53,964 bases of DNA from a virus (Duplodnaviria > Caudoviricetes). Of the stretch, positions 8,755-19,380 are shown one piece after another. Where the stretch lies: IMG/VR virus record IMGVR_UViG_3300048853_000042, positions 1 to 53,964 of that record. One strand, 5' to 3'. Numbering within the stretch: the first letter of the stretch is position 1; each line of letters starts with the position of its first letter. The notes under the pieces were generated by a model. It was not told the origin of the DNA, did no database searches, and saw only the letters and a list, made by a program, of their open reading frames with translations. The position numbers and the translations under genes are program-made.

Positions 8755-10569
8755 TCAGGACGGTTGATTAGCTACTTCAAGCGCAGCGACACGGGCCGTC
8801 AGTGCATCGATCGACTTGTGCTGTTCAAGGATCATCACCGTGGCCGACTGAAGGGCGGCAACGAGATCCGGTACGAGTTTGCTGGGATCCACACCCTGAT
8901 AATCAGGACGTGAGCCCGTCTTCGCCCACGTGGACCCTTCGGGCGCCTCCTCTCGTGTAATGTTTTCAATCCGGCGCTCTGGGATGACCTCTGCGGGGAC
9001 GATTTGATCGGGCTCCCGCATCTCCCGAGTCTCGCCCGTCTCTGGATCAATCACGGTCACCGCCTGGCCCCTGATCGTGCGCTCCGGAACGACGATCTCC
9101 GGGATTACGGCCGTGCCAATGTCGATTGCACCATCTTTCGAGCCGGTGACGGCGTGCTGGGCAACGTCCTGCAGTTCATGAGCGATGAACCCGTGCGCGA
9201 GACCGGAGTCTGGGTCGTTCAGCCATTTGTACGAAACGGGGCGATAACACATGACGCGCAAAAGCGTGTCGTCCAGAAGGTCGAATTGCTCTTGCGTCAG
9301 GGAGAATTCAACCAGCGGCGAAACATTCGTTTTCAAACGGTAATCCGATGAGGTCGCGTAATTGGTAGCCGTAGCAGTCACGGTGATACTTCCGACGGAA
9401 GCCGTGTCCATGAAGAACTCTTGCAAGGCTCCGGCCGTCGTCATCCGAGATTGCTGGAAGGGGTTATATCCATTAACCCGCCGCCTCATCCTTCCTGTAG
9501 GGCTCACGATTTCAAGCCCGTATTCCGACCCGGCGACGGTAGGGTCGATTGGTGCCGTCACTCCGAAATAGACGCTGCCATTGGTGCCGACACGCAGATA
9601 CTCGGTGAAGACTTCGTTCACCGCCTTGCCAATCCGCAAATCGGCGTTGTTCCCTGCCAGTATTGGCCTGCTGTTTCCGTCGTTGCCGATTATAAAAGCA
9701 GGCGTCCAGGCGTTCTGTCGCGTGACGCTGAACACCGCGTTCATGGTATCGCCGGCGGTGACCCGATTGTCCCTGATCGTTACCAGCCGCTCGACTTCGG
9801 AGATACTTGTCCCATTGATCACGCCGCCGGTGGTCTTAAGGTAAGTTGTCCAATCCAGCCATGTCACACCATCAATGGAGAACCTGGTCCATATCAGCTC
9901 GTTCTGAAAATATTGCTGGATGAACAAGTTGTTGAACCTTCTGGCATAAACAACCAGAACGCCCGTGTATCCTGCGGCGGCCTGGCCGATGTAGCCATTG
10001 GTCCACGTCCCGGCGATCGTGTAGACACCGGGGAACAAGATCGTATTGAAGTCGCCGTCGTTCAGCCCGACTTCTGCGGCTGATGGCACTGGAGCTATCC
10101 CGCCAAACACCGGTCCAAGCTTGTCGAGGACCGTCGCCATATCCGAGGAGGCAAGCAGATCTCGCCCCTTGGCCCGGATATCCGCGAGCACCGCCGTCAA
10201 AGCGCCGTTGAAGTAAGCAAACTTGTCCGAAGCGGGCGTGAGGCCCGCCAGCGCCGCCAGCGCCGCATTGTCGAGCCGCTGGATATAGGTGGAGAGCGCT
10301 TGCGCATTGACGGTCTGCTGCTGCAGGTAGGCAGTGTCGCGGACAATCCAGTATCCCTGTCCGGCCGCCGTGGTTCCCCGCCACGGCTTCGCCAGGGTCA
10401 GCTGCGTGTTGCTGTCGACGGAAAGGATCGGGACCGGGTTGCCGTTGCTGCTGTCGAGGCCGAAGAGCCCGCCAGCAACCAATGCCGTCGCCCAGGCGGT
10501 ACCGGAGCCGGTCACCACGGCGCTGCCGGCGGTCACGGAAACCGTGCCCGTTACATAGGGTATGGTCAT
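8755..10569 (-). CDS. Tail fibre with C-terminal intramolecular chaperone (peptidase S74-like)
   Basis: GTVSVTAGSAVVTGSGTAW N-terminus; SSDYRLKTNV, GFIAHELQ and a terminal coiled coil. Confidence 0.9.
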   Translation of the reverse strand: MTIPYVTGTVSVTAGSAVVTGSGTAWATALVAGGLFGLDSSNGNPVPILSVDSNTQLTLAKPWRGTTAAGQGYWIVRDTAYLQQQTVNAQALSTYIQRLDNAALAALAGLTPASDKFAYFNGALTAVLADIRAKGRDLLASSDMATVLDKLGPVFGGIAPVPSAAEVGLNDGDFNTILFPGVYTIAGTWTNGYIGQAAAGYTGVLVVYARRFNNLFIQQYFQNELIWTRFSIDGVTWLDWTTYLKTTGGVINGTSISEVERLVTIRDNRVTAGDTMNAVFSVTRQNAWTPAFIIGNDGNSRPILAGNNADLRIGKAVNEVFTEYLRVGTNGSVYFGVTAPIDPTVAGSEYGLEIVSPTGRMRRRVNGYNPFQQSRMTTAGALQEFFMDTASVGSITVTATATNYATSSDYRLKTNVSPLVEFSLTQEQFDLLDDTLLRVMCYRPVSYKWLNDPDSGLAHGFIAHELQDVAQHAVTGSKDGAIDIGTAVIPEIVVPERTIRGQAVTVIDPETGETREMREPDQIVPAEVIPERRIENITREEAPEGSTWAKTGSRPDYQGVDPSKLVPDLVAALQSATVMILEQHKSIDALTARVAALEVANQPS

Positions 10570-10580
10570 GTCAGATTTTC

Positions 10581-12083
10581 CTAAGCTGGGATGCCAAAGA
10601 TGTAGTAGCGAATGCCCAACGGCGGATCAGCGCCGTCGGTGTGCCATTCGAAATCATCGCCTTCGTAGTAGTCGCCGACATTGCCGCGAAAGGTCCGGAA
10701 CCTCGCGTTGTTCGCCGTCAATTCGCAATAAGTGCTGTTGCCCGTGTGAGATTGCCCCTGATACCCGTATTTCAGGATATCCAAGAATGGCATCCGCACC
10801 CGGTTCTGCCATGACGTGTTGGTGTTAAAGTTGCTCCCGCCGCCGTGGTAGGTCATGTATTTGACCATCGGGAACATGCCGGCTCCGTCGAAGGGGATAT
10901 CAACAACGTTGCCGTTCCCTGACGTGACGTTGAAAAAGCCCTCTGCCAGAATTTGCACCTGCGGCCAGCGGGTATCTATGATGATGTCCGCCCACGACGG
11001 AGGATTTGCTGCGCCAGGTCTGAGGAACTGCACAACGTCCTGCGTTCCGTCGTTGAATTGACGAAGGACGTTATACGTCCCGGAAGTCGGCGCGCTGTTG
11101 TCCTCGAGATACAACATGAACCGAGCGCGCATGGCCTGCGTCGCATCGAAATAGATACGCGTTCCGTCGAACCAGTATTCGGCGCCGAATTTCAGATCTA
11201 CGGGATTGTTCGGGTACATGATCGTTGAACCCGTGTAGAAATGCACGTCCAGCGCAACATTATCCGTGACGGGAAATCCGCACTCATAGAACGATTGGCC
11301 GGACGGAAGAGCGATGTCGGCCGCCCTAATGACTTTGACCGGCAAGCGAGTGCTGTCGAACGCAAGCTGCGCGTAAGTCGCGGTATCGACGTTATACCCC
11401 GGCTTCGCAATCTTCATGGCATTGTTGGCGATCCGGATGGTTTTGGTGCCGTTCGGCGCCAGGTTAGGGGCGTCGGCTATCGGCGTGTTATCTCCGGGGA
11501 GGTCCCAAACGACGAGGCGGCGGTACCGGGTAGAGAAAGGGTTGAATGCGTCGATATCGTCTTGCTGATCGATGAACACTGCGGTGCAGAAATCGGAACT
11601 CCAGCTCGTCCCGTTCGGGTATTCGCTTGCGTTAATCAGCCAGCTTCCCTGGTCACGGTTGCCGGTGAAATAGGAGCCGCCGCGTCCGGACCGGTACTTC
11701 CCCTTGTCCTCCCAATCGACCATATTCTGGTTGTAGCGGATGCTGCCGTTGCCCTTGCGCTGTTTCCAATCAAACAGTGGCACGTTGTACCGGAGCTTCG
11801 GGAAGAACGACTTGTCATAAATCCAGATGCTTTCACCGGAACCGCCCATCTCCATCGTTTGGAAGTTGCTTCGCGTCGCGCCCGCCGGCGTCAATCGAAT
11901 TCCGGTCCCGCCGAACGTATTGCAAACCGTGATGTCGGCAACTTCCATGTTGAGATACTTGGAATTGTAGAGAAACTTCGACCGTTGGCTGTCCGGCGTG
12001 GTGCGCGGATCGTCGGCGTTGCTTTTCGTGATTTTGAGGCATCCTGCGCCGGTCGAGTCGACGCCAATCATTGTGCGAACCAT
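10581..12083 (-). CDS. Tail or tail-tip protein (possible receptor-binding protein)
   Basis: 500 aa, coupled between the tip protein and the fibre; KIAKPGYNV motif. Confidence 0.75.
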   Translation of the reverse strand: MVRTMIGVDSTGAGCLKITKSNADDPRTTPDSQRSKFLYNSKYLNMEVADITVCNTFGGTGIRLTPAGATRSNFQTMEMGGSGESIWIYDKSFFPKLRYNVPLFDWKQRKGNGSIRYNQNMVDWEDKGKYRSGRGGSYFTGNRDQGSWLINASEYPNGTSWSSDFCTAVFIDQQDDIDAFNPFSTRYRRLVVWDLPGDNTPIADAPNLAPNGTKTIRIANNAMKIAKPGYNVDTATYAQLAFDSTRLPVKVIRAADIALPSGQSFYECGFPVTDNVALDVHFYTGSTIMYPNNPVDLKFGAEYWFDGTRIYFDATQAMRARFMLYLEDNSAPTSGTYNVLRQFNDGTQDVVQFLRPGAANPPSWADIIIDTRWPQVQILAEGFFNVTSGNGNVVDIPFDGAGMFPMVKYMTYHGGGSNFNTNTSWQNRVRMPFLDILKYGYQGQSHTGNSTYCELTANNARFRTFRGNVGDYYEGDDFEWHTDGADPPLGIRYYIFGIPA

Positions 12084-14830
12084 CAGCTAAAGATCTCGAT
12101 CGTGCCGTTGTTGAGGTTGATTTTCATTTTGCCGTTCAGTGACTGGAGAAGACCAGCCGTGACCGTACCGATGTTGGCAATTGCCAGCTTCAGCTCTCCG
12201 TTCTCGAAGACCATCGGGTACTGACGGCTGCTTCCCGAGGTGACGAGGAACTGATCCGCTTGGACTGCCATGCGCGACTTCTGCACGCCGCCCTCGGTGT
12301 AAAGCTCGACATAGAAGCCCGACACCTTGAAGCTCTGGCTGGTGCCCGCCCGTAAGAGCACCGAGAAACGGGCATCGACGCCGGTCGGCGCCGCAACTGC
12401 TTCGAACTTCACCAGGCCCTGCGCGAACCGCCCGTTGAAATCGGCACTCACCCCATTGATGCTGGTAGCGTTCGCGCTATCGCCATTGGCGCGCGCGGTC
12501 TCTTCCTGGATTAGCCGGGCAAGATTGCCATCAACCTCCGCATCGAGGCTGGTAATGCTGCTGGAGAGCGCACTATCAGCGTTTGCTCGGGCGGTAGCTT
12601 CCGCCTGAATGGCCGCCGAATTACTGCCCGTTTGCGCTGTGAGCTGGGTGATCTGGCTGCTCAGCGCGGAGTCTGCCGTGGCGCGCACCGTCTCCTCAGT
12701 AATCAGCCGCGCATTGGTGGTGCCGAGGCTCGCCTGCAGGAAACGCAGGAACTGCGCCGTCGCCTCGTTCTCCGAGACGCGAACGCGCCGCTCCTCGGTG
12801 ATCTGCGCCAGCGCGTCACCTATACTGGCAACGATCTGCTGCCGCTCGATCTGCCCGACGGCACCTTCCAGCGAGAACGCATCCAGCAGCTCGACGAGGC
12901 GCGGCCGGAAGAACTCGTCCATCTCCTGCTGCAGTTCCTTGAAGCGGTTTAGCGCGTCGTCCTGCAGCTGCTGCAGGCCAGTCAGCAGCGTCTGCAAGCC
13001 GGTCGGCTGCGCCGTCGTCTTCCAAGGCGTATAGGTGCGCAACCGGTCGGGCACGGTCGTGATCGTCGCGCGGGCATTATAGACCTTGCCGGAAACGACG
13101 TTCTTCGTGGTGCGTAATAGGCCGTCCTCAGGCGAGGTGCACTGATCCTCGAACAACTCCGTCGTGCCCTCGATCTGATAGGAGAAGCGCACCGCCGTAA
13201 TCGTCGGATCGTCCGGCGGGGTCCAGGTGAAGACGAGCGCCGGCGTGTCGTAGCCCTGCGCGCCGTTGATCATGCCGACGGCAACATTGAAGTTCTGCAC
13301 GGTCGACAGCAGCGACGGGTTGATCGGCGGCGTCGGCGGAATGACGATCGGGCCGGGCTCGATGTCGTCATCGTCATAGATCGCCGCACTGGTCTCGGAG
13401 AGCACCAGCGTGATGCGCAGCCGATCATCGGCCCGCCATTCGCTGATCAGCCAGCTCTTGCCACGCCAGGTGATCCACTCGCCTTCCTGCACCGCAAGGC
13501 CGAAGCGACGGCTGACGGGAACCGTGGCCTTGCCGCCCATGCGGTTCTGCCGATAGCGGATGTTGAGCAGATACTGCGCAATGTCCGGATCGGTCACCTG
13601 CAGGAAATCGATGCTCGTCTGCCGGTTACGGCCATCGGCGGCGATGTCCGCGTTCACATAGACCGGCTTCAGGCTTTCCGGGTTCCACATCGATTCGATC
13701 GAGGTGAACTGGCCGGAAAGGTGATTGAAGCGCTCGAAAGCCGAAGGCCGGAACTGCACGTCCTTCGCCCGGTCGATCGGAATGTCGGCCGCGGTCAGAT
13801 CCCTGACCGGGATCTGCGGCGCACCGGGAATGACGCCGGAGAGGCCGCGGCGGTTGAGCCCGTAGCCTGCCATCGCATCGTCGAACTGCTTCAGCACCTC
13901 GGTGTGATCGTCGTCGCCGCTGACGAAGAGCGAGCATTCATAGGTCTTCTTGCCGTTCGCCCGCAGCGTGTCGCAGACGTTCATCGCCACGAAATAGGTG
14001 GCGAGATCGATCTGGCCGAGGCTCTTGCCCTCGCCGATCAGCGTACGGCCCGAGATGAGCGCGCGCAGGCCCAGCTGATAGTTTAGCCGGTGCACGGCCG
14101 GGCTCTTCGTGTGCACCCAGGTCGACGGCATGTTGAGCCGCTGCGGCCCGGAGCCTCCGGCAACCGTCGAGTCCTTGCGCGGATCGTATTCGCGAAGCCC
14201 GCGCAGCACGAATTCAAGTTCCGGCCGGCCCTTCGAGCCAAAGAGCTTGTCGCTATAGATGCGCTCTACGACGACGTAGCAGATGCCGGCATTGACGCTC
14301 GTGCTTTTCCACTTGTTGCCAAGGGCCGCCGTGACGTCGACCAGCTTCTGATCGACCTGTTGGCCAGGCCTGCCATCATAGAAGCGGATGGTCAGGACCG
14401 GATCGCCAGAGCCGTTGATGAAGCCTTCGATATGATAGTTCGCGACCTCATTGCCGATGACCGGCCGGGATACGAGCGCTTTCTTCTCGCCGTAGATATA
14501 GACGTAGGGCTCCAGCCCGTCGCACCAGCCGTTCGCAAGCACGAAGACCTCGGCGTTCCATTTGTTGCCGCTGCCCCACTTGGCATAGAACGTCCGCTGC
14601 CCCTTGGTCTTGCCGACCCCGTAGAGCGTGCTAACAGACACGTCGCCGCCGAACTGGATCTCGCCCTGAACGGCAGTGTAGGTGCGCTTCTGCTGCTTCT
14701 GCCCGGTGAGCTTGCCGACGGCAAATTTCGCCCCGAAGGCGAGCGCGCCACCGATCAGGCTGGACGCGAGCGCGGACCCGCCGAACAGCGCGCCGGCGAT
14801 CGCCGTGCCGATTGCAGTAAAGATTGCCAT
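12083..14830 (-). CDS. Tail tip/central fibre (gpJ-like, DUF1983-like C-terminus)
   Basis: 915 aa; VLRGLREYDPR, coiled coil, SRMAVQADQFLV. Confidence 0.88.
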   Translation of the reverse strand: MAIFTAIGTAIAGALFGGSALASSLIGGALAFGAKFAVGKLTGQKQQKRTYTAVQGEIQFGGDVSVSTLYGVGKTKGQRTFYAKWGSGNKWNAEVFVLANGWCDGLEPYVYIYGEKKALVSRPVIGNEVANYHIEGFINGSGDPVLTIRFYDGRPGQQVDQKLVDVTAALGNKWKSTSVNAGICYVVVERIYSDKLFGSKGRPELEFVLRGLREYDPRKDSTVAGGSGPQRLNMPSTWVHTKSPAVHRLNYQLGLRALISGRTLIGEGKSLGQIDLATYFVAMNVCDTLRANGKKTYECSLFVSGDDDHTEVLKQFDDAMAGYGLNRRGLSGVIPGAPQIPVRDLTAADIPIDRAKDVQFRPSAFERFNHLSGQFTSIESMWNPESLKPVYVNADIAADGRNRQTSIDFLQVTDPDIAQYLLNIRYRQNRMGGKATVPVSRRFGLAVQEGEWITWRGKSWLISEWRADDRLRITLVLSETSAAIYDDDDIEPGPIVIPPTPPINPSLLSTVQNFNVAVGMINGAQGYDTPALVFTWTPPDDPTITAVRFSYQIEGTTELFEDQCTSPEDGLLRTTKNVVSGKVYNARATITTVPDRLRTYTPWKTTAQPTGLQTLLTGLQQLQDDALNRFKELQQEMDEFFRPRLVELLDAFSLEGAVGQIERQQIVASIGDALAQITEERRVRVSENEATAQFLRFLQASLGTTNARLITEETVRATADSALSSQITQLTAQTGSNSAAIQAEATARANADSALSSSITSLDAEVDGNLARLIQEETARANGDSANATSINGVSADFNGRFAQGLVKFEAVAAPTGVDARFSVLLRAGTSQSFKVSGFYVELYTEGGVQKSRMAVQADQFLVTSGSSRQYPMVFENGELKLAIANIGTVTAGLLQSLNGKMKINLNNGTIEIFS

Positions 14831-14836
14831 GCTGAA

Positions 14837-15241
14837 TTACCCGAGGTGAAAGGAGGCGATGACGTCGGCGAGACCATGATCGCTCCGGCCGCGCTCGGTT
14901 TTCGTGACGAAACGGGCGCCGAGACAGACGCCGACATGCTCGGCGCCGTCGGCAAGACGCAGGATGACGAGATCGCCGAGGCGCGCTTCCGCCCCGCCCT
15001 TCGGCTCCTGCCGCAGTTCGGCCACGAAGAAGCTGACCAACGATCTGTGCCCACGCCGGCGCAGCGCGCGCTGCGCGCCGGCGAGCGTCCGATAGGTGCC
15101 GCGGTACTTCTCGGCAATCGCCGAGCCCGTCAGCGCGTCGATGAAGGCGCAGCCGAGCATGAAGCAATCGGCCGAGCCATAGGCATAGGGTTTCGCAAGC
15201 TCACGCGCGAGCGTGGCTTCGACGATGCGGAAGCGATTCAT
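14837..15241 (-). CDS. NlpC/P60-like tail assembly protein
   Basis: YAYGSADC, GDLV, HVGVC. Confidence 0.85.
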   Translation of the reverse strand: MNRFRIVEATLARELAKPYAYGSADCFMLGCAFIDALTGSAIAEKYRGTYRTLAGAQRALRRRGHRSLVSFFVAELRQEPKGGAEARLGDLVILRLADGAEHVGVCLGARFVTKTERGRSDHGLADVIASFHLG

Positions 15242-15305
15242 GGGGTCCTACTAGACTTCAGGTTGAGTTTCTGCTTGAGAGCAAGCGCTCACTCAGGAGA
15301 ATGGA

Positions 15306-15578
15306 ATGACTGACTCGGAATTGCGCGCCACCGCGCAGACCAACTTCTTGATGCTCCAGCGGCTGATCGTCGAAGTGGCCGCGATGAAGGGAGATGAAGG
15401 CATGGCGTGGATCGACACTTTCCGCGACAGCTTGACCTCAGAAATGAAGAAGACCGAGGAACTGCAGACGCGCCGGATCGACCGCGATCGTTCCGCGACC
15501 TCGCGGACGCTCATTGAAGGCGTGGCATACATGGCAAAACGGCAGCTGGAGCAGCAGCGATCTCAATCAGATAGTTAG
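15306..15578 (+). CDS. 90-aa moron, paralog of 1390-1662
   Basis: Opposite strand inside the tail operon; shares an upstream element with 1390-1662. Confidence 0.85.
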   Translation: MTDSELRATAQTNFLMLQRLIVEVAAMKGDEGMAWIDTFRDSLTSEMKKTEELQTRRIDRDRSATSRTLIEGVAYMAKRQLEQQRSQSDS

Positions 15579-16165
15579 CGCGAAACCTGTCCCCATTCCT
15601 CGGGGATGGTCGCATTCGTCGCCACGTGCTCCAGGCCTGTATCGGTCGGACTATTGTCGAACTGCTGTTCGGCCTGCGAGCGCTTGACGCCGGTTGAGCC
15701 TCTCGCCGAGCGTCCCGGTGGCTGCAGGTCGATCATCATCGTCAGCGTTCGCGCGGACCCGGAGACCGCGCCTTCGTTGTAGCGCACCTGGTCGATCTCG
15801 TAGATCGATGAGGCGAGAATCCCCAAAACGGCGTCCGTCTCAGGATCGCCTGCCAAGTGAGAAATGATTACGGGAGCATTCTGGTACTCATATTGCTCAA
15901 TGTGAGCGATCGCGTCCTCGGGATTGCTGACCGGAATGTTCGAAAACACGATCGTCCGGGTGGTCACCGCCACGCCCACCGCGCTGACCATTTCACCCGG
16001 CTCGAGAAAGCGGTTCGGCAGATAGGTCAAGCCGTTGTAGGTGTATGGGCGGCCGCCTCGGTGATAGCCGACCGCTTTGCCAGGGAGATCGAAGCGGATC
16101 AGATCGAGGCGGGCAATCCGCCCTTTTTCGAGGGCATCCTCGACGGCGGGATCAAGCACACTCAT
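15575..16165 (-). CDS. Baseplate hub/tail protein (DUF2163-like)
   Basis: Position between Dit and NlpC; ends EEWGQ. Confidence 0.8.
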   Translation of the reverse strand: MSVLDPAVEDALEKGRIARLDLIRFDLPGKAVGYHRGGRPYTYNGLTYLPNRFLEPGEMVSAVGVAVTTRTIVFSNIPVSNPEDAIAHIEQYEYQNAPVIISHLAGDPETDAVLGILASSIYEIDQVRYNEGAVSGSARTLTMMIDLQPPGRSARGSTGVKRSQAEQQFDNSPTDTGLEHVATNATIPEEWGQVSR

Positions 16166-16815
16166 GAGAAGAACACCTCCGTCGCAGCAAACGAGGCTTC
16201 GCGGCCGGCCCAAGACTTGGGTGCCGAGATGCTTCCGGGATCGATGGTCATGACACAGGACGGTTTTTCGAAATGCACGGTGGCCGCGGTGGTGTAGTGC
16301 TGTGTGTCCAAGCCGAACATAATCGAGAGCGTGACAACACCGCTGGCACTTGCCGTGGCGTTCTCGACGATGCGGTGAAGAGATCGGACGAGCGCCGACA
16401 ACCTGAGCTCGACATAGTCTCCCGGCGATAGCTTGAAGCCGGCCGGCAGACCAGCGACCACGATGGTGCGGCTGTTCGTGATTGACTGAAGAATCGCATC
16501 GCCATTGAATGCCCCTCCCCCTGCTTTCGTGCCTGAGAGGGGCTTGCCGTTGTTGTGAGCGATCGGCCGCGGCCGAAACATGTCGTAGCCGAGGAAAGGT
16601 GCACCTCGCGAGCTCGACTTCATCACGAAGGCATCGAACAGCCCATAGAAGGCAGGCGTCATCCAGTTGGTCGCGTACTGGGCCTTCCAGAACGGAGTGC
16701 CGGCGGCCTGCTCCTCAGAACGCCGGCCCTCCATGATTGAGACGTCTGTCGGGTTGATGGGATCGAACTGGCAATCTCGCCAAGGCAAAACCGGCAGCAG
16801 GATGGGATCAGCCAT
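16162..16815 (-). CDS. Distal tail protein (Dit-like)
   Basis: Follows the tape measure gene; LSPGDYV motif. Confidence 0.78.
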   Translation of the reverse strand: MADPILLPVLPWRDCQFDPINPTDVSIMEGRRSEEQAAGTPFWKAQYATNWMTPAFYGLFDAFVMKSSSRGAPFLGYDMFRPRPIAHNNGKPLSGTKAGGGAFNGDAILQSITNSRTIVVAGLPAGFKLSPGDYVELRLSALVRSLHRIVENATASASGVVTLSIMFGLDTQHYTTAATVHFEKPSCVMTIDPGSISAPKSWAGREASFAATEVFFS

Positions 16816-18904
16816 ACTGGTCTTCCCCGTTCATGTAGAGGTTCTCGCGTGCTGCGTTGTTCTGCCTGACGACGTTGACAGCGGCGTCCTGGCTTTCCGC
16901 CCGGATCGTTGGTCGGAACATCGGGCCTTCCTCTCCGATAACGCGAAGGATGATCTCGCGCGGGCCAGATGGTGTCGACGAGGACGCGGATTGCGCAAAG
17001 TTCACGTTGGCAGGCCGCTGAAGCCGATGGTTAGGAACAACCTCCTCCCCACCTTTGAAGCGGACGAGCTCCGGTCCCTTCTCGCCGACCCATGCTACAC
17101 CAGGACGAGCGGAGCTCGTTCCGTTCGCATACCCACGCAGCCCAGCCCATGGGTCGGCCTTCGAGCCACCGCCGAAGAGCCAGCCGAGCAGCCCTCCTCC
17201 GCCGAGCCCGCCTCCAGCCCCGCTGACTTGGAACACCGCATCGAGGACATCATTCAGCAGTTTGTCGGCGATCCGATCGAGGACGCCCAGGGCCGCGTCC
17301 CCAAAGGACTCCCACACTGACTTGCCTCTCTCGATGCCGGAGAAGAAATCGTCAAAGAAGCCTCCCGTCAGCTCCCTAGCAAAATCGAGCGCGATACCCA
17401 TCTGCCGGGTCTCTTCCTCGATCGAGGCCATGACCTGCGCGAGAGATGACAGCTCGCTCTTCTGGGCATCAGTGAGCGAGATACCACGCTGCTGGGCTTC
17501 ATTCAGGAGCTGCGTCTCGTAGCGGAGCGCGGCTGCCGCCTGCTCCGTGAGCCCGATAGCATCACGCTCCGCCTCAAGCGCCGCGATCTGGCGCTCGGCG
17601 CCGGCCACGATGTCGGCGTACTTCTCCTGCTCGCTCTTGCCGCCGGTGCGCTTCTTTGACTTCTCGTCGACGTCGGTGAGGCCCCTGGCGAGTTCGCGTA
17701 GCTTCTCAGACGCCGCGGAGGCACCACGACTGATCGCGTCAACGACACCGCCTACGTAATCAGTGCCTTGTGCGGAGTTGTAGGCGTCTTGGGCTGCCTT
17801 CAGTGCCGCTCCGGCGGCGCCCGGGTTCGGGTTCTTCAATTGCCCAAACTCTACCGGCGGCAATATGAAATCGTTATAGTTCTTCAAAGGTTGCCCGATA
17901 GATGCCGACCAGAGAGCAAATCGATTAATCAGGTCGTTGAGGCCGTCAACTGCCTTTTGGACCATCCGTTCGATACCAGCGATCACCTTATTCGCCGTCG
18001 AGTAAACCACGTCTGACAGGGCGGATGGCAAACTCGACCAGACGGTCTTAATGGCCTCGTACCCCCCAACGAATGCTCCTATGACATCGTTGATGCCATT
18101 CTTCGCATCGGTGACAATGTCGCGTCCGAAGATTTGGGCAAGTTCGTCGCGGAAGATGTTGGCCGCCGCTATCGCAGCCGTGATTCCGGCGACGAATGCG
18201 ACGGCAGGGTTCGCCAGAATGAAAGCTCCCGCGACAATACCAAGCTGAACTGTCAATCGTCCGAGCAGCGCGATCAACGAGATGATGCCGCCGACGATCG
18301 CGGGCGCATACAAAAGGGCGAGAGCGGCAGCAGCTGCGACAGCGTAGGGCGCCACGGTTTCTAGAACATCCGCCAAGGCTATCAGCGCCGATTGAGCTAG
18401 CTTTGCCCAATCAACCATCTGCAGGCCAGCGGCCGCCAGCGCGATTATGCCGATCGTGAGGAGGCTAACTGGAGAGAGCACCGACAAGAAGGCTGTACCC
18501 AATCCCTGGACTGGTCTCTCCATGGAGGAAAGGACCGCGGCCAGTTGTGTGCCCTGCTGGAGGGCAATTTGCAGCGGGCCCATTCCCATCTGCGCGCTGA
18601 CAGCAATGTCTTGGAACTGAGCGGCTATATTTCCAAGATTGCCGCGCGACGATGCGCGGTTCTGATTGGCCGCCCTGTTCATCATCTCGATCTGCTTTGA
18701 TGCCGATGCTGCGGCTGCCCCCTCGGCCGCATAGGCCTTTGCGGCAGCTGATGCCGCGCCGGTTGCGCCACGATTTGCGCCAGACAGACCATTTGCGGCG
18801 GCTTCCGCGCGAGCGGCGGCGCCGGTGAGCTGGTTAAGTGCGTTCGTCCCCTTCTCAACGGATGCGCTTTCGACCTGCAGCCCGAGCGTCGCAACATCTG
18901 CCAT
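16808..18904 (-). CDS. Tail tape measure protein
   Basis: AAQFQDIAVSAQMGMGPLQIALQQGTQL and GYANGT...WVGEKGPELV; Ala-rich. Confidence 0.93.
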   Translation of the reverse strand: MADVATLGLQVESASVEKGTNALNQLTGAAARAEAAANGLSGANRGATGAASAAAKAYAAEGAAAASASKQIEMMNRAANQNRASSRGNLGNIAAQFQDIAVSAQMGMGPLQIALQQGTQLAAVLSSMERPVQGLGTAFLSVLSPVSLLTIGIIALAAAGLQMVDWAKLAQSALIALADVLETVAPYAVAAAAALALLYAPAIVGGIISLIALLGRLTVQLGIVAGAFILANPAVAFVAGITAAIAAANIFRDELAQIFGRDIVTDAKNGINDVIGAFVGGYEAIKTVWSSLPSALSDVVYSTANKVIAGIERMVQKAVDGLNDLINRFALWSASIGQPLKNYNDFILPPVEFGQLKNPNPGAAGAALKAAQDAYNSAQGTDYVGGVVDAISRGASAASEKLRELARGLTDVDEKSKKRTGGKSEQEKYADIVAGAERQIAALEAERDAIGLTEQAAAALRYETQLLNEAQQRGISLTDAQKSELSSLAQVMASIEEETRQMGIALDFARELTGGFFDDFFSGIERGKSVWESFGDAALGVLDRIADKLLNDVLDAVFQVSGAGGGLGGGGLLGWLFGGGSKADPWAGLRGYANGTSSARPGVAWVGEKGPELVRFKGGEEVVPNHRLQRPANVNFAQSASSSTPSGPREIILRVIGEEGPMFRPTIRAESQDAAVNVVRQNNAARENLYMNGEDQYG

Positions 18905-18963
18905 GGCTTTTCCTTTTCTAAGAACGTGCGCTATCGTCCCGCCGATTCAATCGGAGATGATCC

Positions 18964-19380
18964 ATGCGCCTAGCAATAGGGATAGCCGCAGTCCTTGCTG
19001 CGGCCAGCGTTCAAGCTGCGGAATGCCAAAGCGGTAAGGCTACGGCACTTACACTTACTGATTGGGCCGCGACGATGAAGGAGGGATCTATCGGTCCCTA
19101 CCCTTCGGTCACTATCAAATTCCGGAACGACAGCCCTAAAGAAATCCGGATGGTGAAGGCGTCTGTTTGGTTCATCGACGCGCTCGGCGAGACAATCAGC
19201 GGAGTAGAGTTAGACAAGGACATTCGGCTAAAACCGAAAGCAGAGGCCGAACAGGTGTTTGCGATGACAGGCTCGGTCGACTTCGAACGCTTGACAACTT
19301 TGGAGAAGAGAGATGCGTCGGGGCGCATCTGCGTCCAAGCGGCAGTCTACGAAGACGGCACCAAGGAAGAGTTCAAATGA
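18964..19380 (+). CDS. Secreted/periplasmic moron protein (superinfection-exclusion candidate)
   Basis: Signal peptide ending ASVQA; beta-rich; opposite strand between chaperone and tape measure genes. Confidence 0.8.
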   Translation: MRLAIGIAAVLAAASVQAAECQSGKATALTLTDWAATMKEGSIGPYPSVTIKFRNDSPKEIRMVKASVWFIDALGETISGVELDKDIRLKPKAEAEQVFAMTGSVDFERLTTLEKRDASGRICVQAAVYEDGTKEEFK

